Positions 12,966 through 22,425 of a DNA stretch of 64,000 nucleotides are shown here, in pieces (the first letter of the stretch is position 1; every line of letters starts with the position of its first letter). A program made the translations under genes and the position numbers. The notes below the pieces were generated by a model. It did not search any database, was not told where the DNA came from, and worked only from the letters and a program-made list of their open reading frames with translations. The stretch lies in the NCBI GenBank assembly GCA_020184695.1, contig JAANOX010000245.1, forward strand, positions 313,887-377,886, read 5' to 3'. The DNA comes from Histomonas meleagridis 2922-C6/04-290x (Eukaryota > Protista > Parabasalia).

Positions 12966-13967
12966 TTAAATTTCTTCTTCTTCTTCATTGAACAAAGCAA
13001 TTTTTTGTGAATCATTTTGTGGCTTCCTATTGTTAAGTTTTAAGATTCCGTACCATAACGATCCAAACATTGTAACTACAATTCCAACGACATTTAATTT
13101 TGTTAATTTCTTATCAAATATTATCACAGACAGAACTATTGTTATTATTTGCTTCAAGCATCCGACAATTGTCACCGTAAGCGGCGATGTATAATATGTC
13201 GACAAGAAATTTGTCAAATTCAAAAAGAATGCAATTAAACCGGTGAGTAACACAAGTAATATCCCAACTGTAGAAACTGTGTACTTTTCGGATGTTAAAA
13301 TTTTTTGGTTTTCGCCTGTAATTAATATCAATGAAAACATTTCGATCGATGAGATTGGTGACATGCGTTCTAATAAACTAAACGAATGGAGCTCATACTT
13401 GCCTGTGAGCGTCTTCTTGACACTAATGGATTTGGCAGAACTTAAAAAACAGCCAAAAATTGTTACAAAAAAACCATATCGAGTAAGATTGATCTCCCCA
13501 AAACAACTTAGAGCAACTCCAATACAAATGACAAAACACGAAACATAAAGTGTAGGAGCATATTTGTCACGGAGAAATATGACTGAGAGAATCATTGTGA
13601 TTAAAGGAATGATTGCTCTGACAATTTGAACAAAAGCTACCGAGCAATACCTTAGAGAACTGTTTCCAAAAATAATGTTGAGCGTAAATAAAAGGGAAAG
13701 CATTAAAATTCGTGTCATTACTTTTCTTTCATAATTGGGAATTATCATGGATTTTTTTTCTTTTTCGGATTCTGGATGATAACGGAAACAAACCGCACAA
13801 ATGTATGTGCAAAATGTGGAAATTGCTTGATGAATAAAAGAAATTGTTATTGGAAATCTAAAGTTATTAAATTCCATAACACTTTTGTTAAGCAATGTCA
13901 ATGCAATGTTTAACAAAAACCATATTGAAATATATAATCGAGATGGATGGAGAATAAATTCAAACAT
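12966..13967 (-). CDS. Triose-phosphate/nucleotide-sugar transporter family (SLC35E-like) membrane protein
   Basis: 333 aa, multiple TM segments, with motifs FPITIS, VAFVQIVRAIIPL and TSPLTVTIVGCLKQ. Confidence 0.8.
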   Translation of the reverse strand: MFEFILHPSRLYISIWFLLNIALTLLNKSVMEFNNFRFPITISFIHQAISTFCTYICAVCFRYHPESEKEKKSMIIPNYERKVMTRILMLSLLFTLNIIFGNSSLRYCSVAFVQIVRAIIPLITMILSVIFLRDKYAPTLYVSCFVICIGVALSCFGEINLTRYGFFVTIFGCFLSSAKSISVKKTLTGKYELHSFSLLERMSPISSIEMFSLILITGENQKILTSEKYTVSTVGILLVLLTGLIAFFLNLTNFLSTYYTSPLTVTIVGCLKQIITIVLSVIIFDKKLTKLNVVGIVVTMFGSLWYGILKLNNRKPQNDSQKIALFNEEEEEI

Positions 13968-14281
13968 AATATCAAGCTAAAATTCATTTTAACAATGTTT
14001 GTTCGATTTTAAACTTATGACTAACCAGATGCACTTGTTGAAGAAATGTTTTTCTTAAAAAAAATCTATCATGAAACATATACTTATTGAATATTTTCAT
14101 CAATATATAAATCTGATATACCAAAAAAATGATATTATCTTGTAATAAACAGATAAACTAAAGATAAAACGAAAATCTGCCACTTAGAAAAATCAGTTTC
14201 CAAACCGAAAATAGTTTAAATTTTCCATCGTATTCGCTCAAAAAAACACAATTTAATCTAAAAGATACTAACTACTTGCTT

Positions 14282-16612
14282 TTAATCATCATAGTCATCA
14301 TAACCATCATAATCTTCAGTGTAATTTCCATTCATTCTTTCTTTCGTTTTAGCAAGATTAATCATATTATAACCTTCCACCTTGAGATTAGCCAAGAACT
14401 TAATAATCGGAACGCATTTTTGGTACAATTCTTCATCATCTGGTGATGAAGGTCCTGAATTTTCGAAAAGTATTTGAGTAATATCAAAACGTTTAAATAA
14501 TCCACAGATTGAAATACATGCAAAAATTTTATGAATAAACTACGAAATTCAATAATAAATATTCATTATAAAGAAATAAACTACAAATAATCAAAACGAA
14601 CTGGGTTAGTTGCGAAATCGCATGATGGATGTTCCAAAAGCATCTGAACAATTTCAATTGATCCAACTCTACATGCTAATAATAATGCAGTAATATTAAT
14701 TTTTAAGAAAATTCAAAAAATTATTCAAATAAATTTGGAACATTAAAAACAAATATCTTTTGCATTTATATCAATGTCATCTTTTTCAAGAAGTAATTTA
14801 ACAACGTCAGGATGATTACATAGAGATGCATTCATTAATGCAGTAGAAAACAATATGAAAAAACACCAAATATCAGTTTCAAACATAAAAACATTAAAAC
14901 AAATACATAACAAAAGAAATAAATATCTTTTGCATTTACGTCAGTATCTTTTCTTTCAAGAAGCATTTTGACAATATTTGTGAATCCGAATTTTGATGCA
15001 AAAATAAGTGCTGTAATAATTACTTTCAATAAACATCTAATTGAGCCATGAAACACCACATTAATGATATAAACTTTGTGATAAAAGAAGAAATATATCT
15101 TGCATTTACATTAATATCTTTACATTTAAGAAGCATTTCAACAATTTTTTCATATCCTTTTAATGATGCAGTAATAAGAGGTGTCGAAAATAATTTGAGT
15201 TAATATTAATTAATATTCAAAAACATCAAAAAATTTGATTAATCTGGAAATAACATAATAAAATATTTCCAGCATTCACATCAATATCTTTTTGTTCTAA
15301 AAGTAACTTTACAATATCCACGAAATTACGAGCAATTGCTATTAATAATGCTGTTTCATGAAACAAAAATAAACGCCAAATCTTTCATTTGAATATAAAA
15401 TTATTAAAACAAATTTTATATACATCAAAAAAGCATTTTCAAATTTATATCAACTTCCTTTTGTTGAAGAACGAATTTTATTAATTCGATATTATTCGAA
15501 ATAACACATTGAACTAAAGCATCTTTTGGAACCTGGTGCGTTTGTATGAAATCTTTATAAAGAAATATATTTCCAAGATCTAAACACACATGAATCATAG
15601 AATCATCAACTTCCATTCCTTCATCGAACAAAAAAGAAAGAATTGTATAATTATTAAATTCGACACATTCCGCTCCTAACTTAGCAAGAGGAGGAATTTC
15701 TATTATTTTATTATCATAAAAGTAATGAAAGATCTCATTTCGATGGAATTGAATTGCAGCTTCATAAGCGCCTTCAAATGATGAATGATTTTGTTCACAT
15801 ATTTTGATAATTGCTAAGCTTCCTCCAGTAATTGCAAAATTCATCGATGAAAATAACTTAGCTCCGTTCATTAATAAAAATTTAAAACATTTAATCGAAC
15901 CAAAATATGCTGCAAATTCTATGAGATGTATACCAAAATCATTAACATATGTACATCGTTCATAAAGCGATGGTACAATTGTTTGATTAAAATCAAATTT
16001 CGGTTGTGATGAAATTTGTTGAAGTTTCTCAATTTCATCATTTCGAAGTATTTTAGTAATCTCTGATGGATTAACTCCGTCTTTATTAAGTTTTTTATGA
16101 AGTTTCCAATCATCTTTAATAAGTTCTTTTATGTTTGAAGCAAATTCACTTGAAAACTTTAATTGTATTTGCGATTCTGGTTCAATTGAAGTTATTTCTT
16201 TAAATGTCATATAATGCGCAAAATATACAGTTTGCTTTAATTTAACTACTTGTGGACTAATTAGGTTTTCCTCGACCATTAACTCAAGAAGATAATTCGA
16301 TTCATCTGAAGGTAAACGAAGAAGTAATGATGAAAACGTTTTTATTAAATCATCTGGAATTTTTGTTAATTTTTCTTCTTCTGTTTGTAACAAACCAATA
16401 TATTTAATACATGCAATTGCTTCAATTTCTTGTGTCATGAATGCTCGACAAGCTAGTTGTGAAATAATTTCATTGTAAGATGAAATTAAACTTACATTAA
16501 ATATTTCAATTGTAGTTTTCACAGATGAATCAATATTGTTAACATTTAAGTTTAAGATAATTTGCTCAAGTGGAATGAGCTTTTCCCTGAGAAAACTCTT
16601 TGTTTCAGACAT
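14282..16612 (-). CDS. DUF3447-type ankyrin repeat protein, C-terminal repeats interrupted by fixed-length non-canonical inserts
   Basis: First segment 15425-16612 has NPSEI..LRND and LIEFAAYFGSIKCFKFL. It is followed by ankyrin segments starting at 15354, 15184, 15014, 14844 and 14691, and an 80-codon terminal segment at 14521-14282. Confidence 0.7.
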
Positions 16613-16730
16613 AAAAAAATGTTATCAAAATTGAATACTAAGCGGTTTTTTATTTGTCACAACACTAAATAGTTTCATATAACATTTCCCAACGGTTATT
16701 ATCAGAAAAAGTTTCCAGTGTTGTGGAACA

Positions 16731-19062
16731 ATGAAAAGCAAGTATTTCGATTTGCTGATGGAAAAGCAAAAGCTATTTTTAAATAATATCAAATTACTCC
16801 AATCGATTCATCAAATTATTTTTTGTTTGAACAAGGAAAATATTTCTCGATCAGTACATTTAATTATTGAACTATTTGATAATATTTACTCATACACTTT
16901 TAATCTAATAATTAGCCAAATGATATATTGTGCAGTATTTTGTGAAAAATTTAATGATGTTGATATATATATTGAATTTATAAAAGAAATCGAATTATTT
17001 GAAGAAAAAAGCAAAATTAGATTTAAAATATTTGAATTTTTTCCCAATTTTCTTATTCACATTAATACATGTGAATCAAATTTCCTTCTTCACAATATGA
17101 TTGAACATAATATCCTTTCACCAAAAGATGTTAAAAATTGTTTATATTTTGTGCATTATGGTTTAGGTGATTATAAACAAAACGAAGAAAACCTTTTACA
17201 GAATAATTGTGAACTTCATAAGAAATATATTAAAGCTGGTGTTAATCCAAATGAAATTGTGAAAATAATACGAAATGATGATATTATAGAACTTCAAGAA
17301 ATATCATCACAAACAAATTTTGACTTTAATCAAACAATTGAACCATCACTTTATGAAAGATGTGAATTTATTAATCAAAAACATGTTACATTAATTGATT
17401 ATGCAGCATTTTTTTCTGCAGTTAAATGTTTTAAATATTTGCTTATGAATGGTGCAAATGTAAATAAAACAGGTAAATATGCAATTGCAGGCGGAAATAT
17501 TGAAATCATTCATTTATGTGAACAAAACCATATGGCATTTTATGGATTATATGAAGCAGCAATTAAATACCATAAAAATGATATTTTTAAATATATTTAT
17601 GAAAATAAAATCGAAGAACTTTATGATTTAGAAAAATTAGGGATTTTATGTGTTTTACATCATAATTATGAAATTTTTTCATTTTTACTTGGAATTGGAA
17701 TGGATATTAATGAAAATATTATTGTTAAATCAGCAAAAATCGGAAATTTATTTCTCATTAAACATTTTCTAAAAGAAAATTTAATACCGAAAAATATTTT
17801 GTTTTCATCAATAAAATCAGGAAACATTGAACTTGTTCAGTATATTTTAGAACAAGAAGGAATTGATATCAATAGTAAAAATATTAATTTGTTTTATTTC
17901 GAATTGATTTTTATAATTTAATATTTCAAAATAATAATTGGAATTTATCCAAATTATTAGCAACAGCTCTTACTCTTGCAACTAAAAAAGGTTTCGCTGA
18001 AATAGCTCAATTACTTCTTGAGCAAAAAGAAATTAATATCAATGCCAAAGATATTAATTTGTTTTATATAAAATTTGTAATAATAATTTTCTGTTTCAAA
18101 ATAATATTTGGAAATTATTCATAATATTTAATACACCACTTATTATTGCATCTTCTTTTGGTTATATAAATATAATTAAATTACTTCTCGAAAAAGAAGA
18201 AATTGATATTAATACTAAAAATATTTAATTATATCATTTAATATTTATTTTAATAATTTTTTCTATTTCGAAGTAATATTTGGAAATCAATTAAAATATT
18301 TGATACAGTACTTATATGTGCATCTAAAACTAATCATTCTGCAATAGTTAAATTACTTCTTGATCAAAAAGGAATTAATATCAATGACTACAATGTTTAT
18401 TTGATTTGTGTGAAATTTATTTTGATGTCTTTCTGATTGAAATTAAAATTTGGAAATTGTTTAAAACATTTAACACACCACTTATTATTGCATCATCTTT
18501 TTGGTTATATAGAAATAGTTAAATTACTTCATGAACATGAGGGAATTGATGTCAATGCCAAAAATATTTATTTGTTTTGTTTAAAATTTATTTTGATATA
18601 TCGGAATTTCAAAATAATATAAGGAAATTATTAAAATCATTTTTATACAGCACTTATTTGTGCATCTAAAAAAATGGTTATACAGATATAGTTAAATTAC
18701 TTCTTGACCAAAAAGGAATTAATATCAATTCCAAAAATATTGTTATATTTTTCTATGAAATTTGTAATATTAATTTTATATATCCAAATAATATATGGAA
18801 ATTCTTCAAATTATTTGAAACTGCGCTTATTTGGTCATCTGAAAATGGGAATATAGAAATAGTTGAATTACTTCTTAAACAAGAAGGAATTGATATCAAT
18901 TCTACAGATGCTCCTTATAACAATTTTTGTATTTATTTTGATGAATTGAAATTACAAAATAATATTTGGAAATTATTAATATTATTTAATACGGCTTTTA
19001 TAAAAGCAATAGAAAATGGGTATACTGAAGTTGTTACGTTACTTCAAAAAGTTAATTCATAA
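16731..19062 (+). CDS. DUF3447-type ankyrin repeat protein (paralog), 7 C-terminal repeats separated by fixed-length inserts
   Basis: First segment 16731-17885 has LIDYAAFFSAVKCFKYL. Ankyrin segments start at 17963, 18133, 18305, 18475, 18647, 18820 and 18991; stop TAA at 19060-19062. Confidence 0.7.
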
Positions 19063-19379
19063 TTTACTTTTGAATTATTTAATGTATCAAATATTTGGTT
19101 GTAAAATTTAAGAATTATTTAATATAATGATCCTTAGAACTTATATTTGGACATATTATCATAATTATGATGATAAAATAATATTAAATTAATTTTTATG
19201 ATTCGGATACTTTTTAGAAATAAATCATATCCAATTATTAAAAATATTAATATTTTTTTTCATGATACATATAAATTTAGAATTATTTAAAGCATTTTTA
19301 ATAAAAATTTTTTTACATTTAAATCGGCCAAATACAATGCCACTTTTGATCGTCACGAGACAGTATTTTTAAATTTCAT

Positions 19380-20299
19380 ATGAATTCAAGCACGAAATAT
19401 CCTATATTAGTAACAGCAGGATATGATTTAAGTGTTAATTTTACCAAAATTTTTGAAGATAAAGAAGATATTCCAAAGTTCAGCAAAATTAGCACTGGTA
19501 ATTCACAAGTTAATCGAATTGTTATCACAGAAAACAACGAAATTGCGTTAGCATTAAATCCATATGTTATCATCCATGATGTTTTAAAAAATTCTAAACC
19601 GTCACAATATGCAGGACATATTTCAAACGTTAATGATCTTGTTTTTTCAGGGGATAATTTTTTTATACATGTAGTGAAGATCGTACGATTAATTTTTGGG
19701 ATCGACGACAAGGATCAATTCGACCACAACAAACCATTACTACGTCATCACCACTTAATAATATTTGTCTTCATCCGAATAAGAAATTATTAATTACATG
19801 TAATGAGAATGGATATCTTGAATCATGGGATATTAGTGAGCATAAACTTTTATATTCGATTCGTCTTTGTACTAAACCTATTCGGAGTATTTCACAAAGT
19901 CGAAATGGGGAAGAAATTTATTGCGGATGTCATGACGGTAAAGTTATTGTTGTTCATCATTATAACGATGAATTTCATAAAGCGAATGAGTTTGAAGCGC
20001 ATAACGATGTCATTCTTCGATGTTTACTTTCGCCTAATGAAGAAAACATTATTACGACGTCAGCAGATTCGACAGCCAAAATTTGGGACAAAAACACATT
20101 AATACAAAAGAAAGTATTAAAACATAACACAAACAAATGGATTTGGGATGCAGCTTTTACTAATGACTCAAATTATGTAGTGACAGGTGGAACAGATAAA
20201 ACTTATCGAACTTGGAATGTGAATGAAGGAAATGTTGTTTACTTAAATGATAAATCGCATGCAAAAGGAATTACAGCGTTAGCATTAATGTACATATGA
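19380..20299 (+). pseudogene. LST8: LST8 duplicate with frameshift in a T homopolymer near 19660
   Basis: Inverted copy of 9849-10766 with two extra T after GGGGATAA; may be a consensus error. Confidence 0.7.
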
Positions 20300-20341
20300 A
20301 AAGTAATAAAAAAAAAGAATAAAATTAATATTTGTAAAATT

Positions 20342-20663
20342 TTAATCATCTTTTTTATTGTTTTGATAAGTTGAAGAAAAAGATATATCAGAAGGCTTAA
20401 GAAGTGAAGACGAAGGAATATCGTTTGGGAAAGATCGTTCATAAAAAAAGATATACGTTTGCTATTATCTGGTGTTTTTGCCTTTAATTTGATGAGAAAG
20501 AGTTTTTCTGTCGGTAAATTTTTTGGAAGATAATTACTTTATTAACTTGATGAAGATTTAAACTTTGTTCTTGTTTTGAACATGATTTTTGATGATAATG
20601 AAGAATATAATCTTGAACAGATTTACAACCAAGTGGAAGCATTTTTTTAATTCTTGAATTCAT
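20342..20663 (-). pseudogene. Frameshifted inverted copy of the 9489-9806 ORF
   Basis: Same sequence with several homopolymer indels. Confidence 0.5.
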
Positions 20664-20742
20664 AAAAGAAAGAAAAAAAAATTTAATTTTTTTCTATAGT
20701 TTATTTTTAAACGGCCACTCCACAAATAAATCAATAAAATTA

Positions 20743-21552
20743 ATGAATAATAATAACAACAACAAAGAAGAAGAAGAAGAAGAAGATAATTATGAAATGA
20801 CACCACAAATCATTCAAGAATTATGTCGTCAAAATAAATTATATAGTATTCCAGAAATTAACGAAGTTTTATATCTTCATTTTGAAGGATTTACGAAAAT
20901 TCAACATCTTGATCCATATATTAATGTTAAAGTTCTTTGGTTAAATGATAATCAACTTTCTAAAATTGAAGGTCTTTCAAGTTTAAAACAATTAGAAAGT
21001 TTATATTTACAAAATAATTTTATCAGTAAAATTGAAGGTCTTGAAGAACTTCAAAAACTTCATTTATTAAATTTATCACATAATTATATTCAAAATATTG
21101 AAGGTCTTGAACATTGTCAACAACTTCAAACACTTGATGTTGATCATAATCGACTTGATACAATCAACTCAATTCAAGGAATTTTACAGTGTCAATCACT
21201 TGAAATCCTTAATATTAGCGATAATAAACTTTATGAAATCGGAATTATTGAAATATTGAGTCATATGAGTCAACTTCGAGTTCTTCGACTTGAAAACAAT
21301 CCGATTGTTGATCAATGTCAACATTATCGACGTTCTGTTATACATCTATGTAAAAATCCCTCACGTATCTTGATGATTCAACCGTTGATACTAATGAGCG
21401 TCTTCTTGTTGAAAGTTATTACGAAGGCGGACATCAACGCGAACAATTTATTCGTAAACGAATTAAAGAAGAAAAAAACGTCGAAAAGAAGAAATATCAT
21501 TTCGAGAAGTTCGACGAATGCAACGCGAAAGATTACTTTCTAAAGGCGGCAT
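20743..21552 (+). CDS. DNAAF1: Dynein axonemal assembly factor 1 (LRR), frameshift near 21357 and 3' deletion near 21550
   Basis: MTPQIIQELCRQNKLY..LYLHFEGF..LWLNDN matches the DNAAF1 N-terminal LRR. It lacks the ~140 bp 3' end that the left copy keeps. Confidence 0.75.
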
Positions 21553-22425
21553 AAAATCATTTGTAATGTTTTTTTAAAATAAGAACATATAAAAACTGTT
21601 TAATAATATAAATGTATATATTCTTAAATTATACTTAATTACATATAAATTATAAAATATTATTACAGAAAAAATAATTCAAGCACAACTTAAGATATGG
21701 AATAAAAATAGATGACATTTGTTATTTATTTGAAAATTTCTTTCATTTTTTTGTCAGATATATTCATCACATATTCATATATTGTAATTACTTGCTTTCA
21801 TGTATGGGTCTATTCCATTATTTAACATCCAATCAATCACTTTATATTATTTCTTAATATTAAAAACAAAAGCAAGAAGGAGTGGCTTTGTTTGCTTGCC
21901 ATCTACTTTCGTTGTTAAATTCATATCGAATCTTTTATCTAATAACATTTCCATAATTTGTATAACTTCAATTTCATTAGTTGCATAAACCGAATTTGTT
22001 GGTCTGAATCCCCAAATAAATCAAAACTGTTACCATTGATATTTTTTGCAAACAATTTTATCAATTTTTGGGTTTCCTGATACGCACGCATAATATATCT
22101 ATTTTATACTTTATCAACAATCTTCAAAATGAAAAAACTTTTTAATTTTCCATTACTTAATTCTTCAGGTTAAGTCTAAATACAGCAGTATATAAATCGG
22201 ATGCGAATTTTACATATTTATTATTATTAATTAACTTCTTGAAATACCATTAGTATGTTTCCATCACCAATACATATAACAGGAGCAGTAGACCCAATAA
22301 CTTTCAAGGCATATTAATATTTAATTCTCTTTCAAAATTTCCTTAAAAAAGATTCAGATTTTTTTAGATTGTATATTTTCTATCAAACAAAACATTTATT
22401 TACAATTTTATATTTATTCTATTAT

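Larger units (their letters stand above)
18010..21999. repeat. Right arm of ~4 kb inverted duplication
   Basis: Near-identical reverse complement of 8268-12130, differing by homopolymer indels and two larger deletions. Confidence 0.9.

Noticed and set aside
14601-14610. ACTAACCCAG resembling a trichomonad branch-point/3' splice site
   Set aside because: Branch-to-AG spacing is shorter than the known motif, it lies on the 5' side of a spacer, and it is absent from all other units.
17880-18991. Ankyrin spacers as U12-type AT-AC introns
   Set aside because: Using the available AT starts and the AC of the Thr codon removes 84 or 82 nt, which does not restore the frame. There is also no ATATCC 5' motif.
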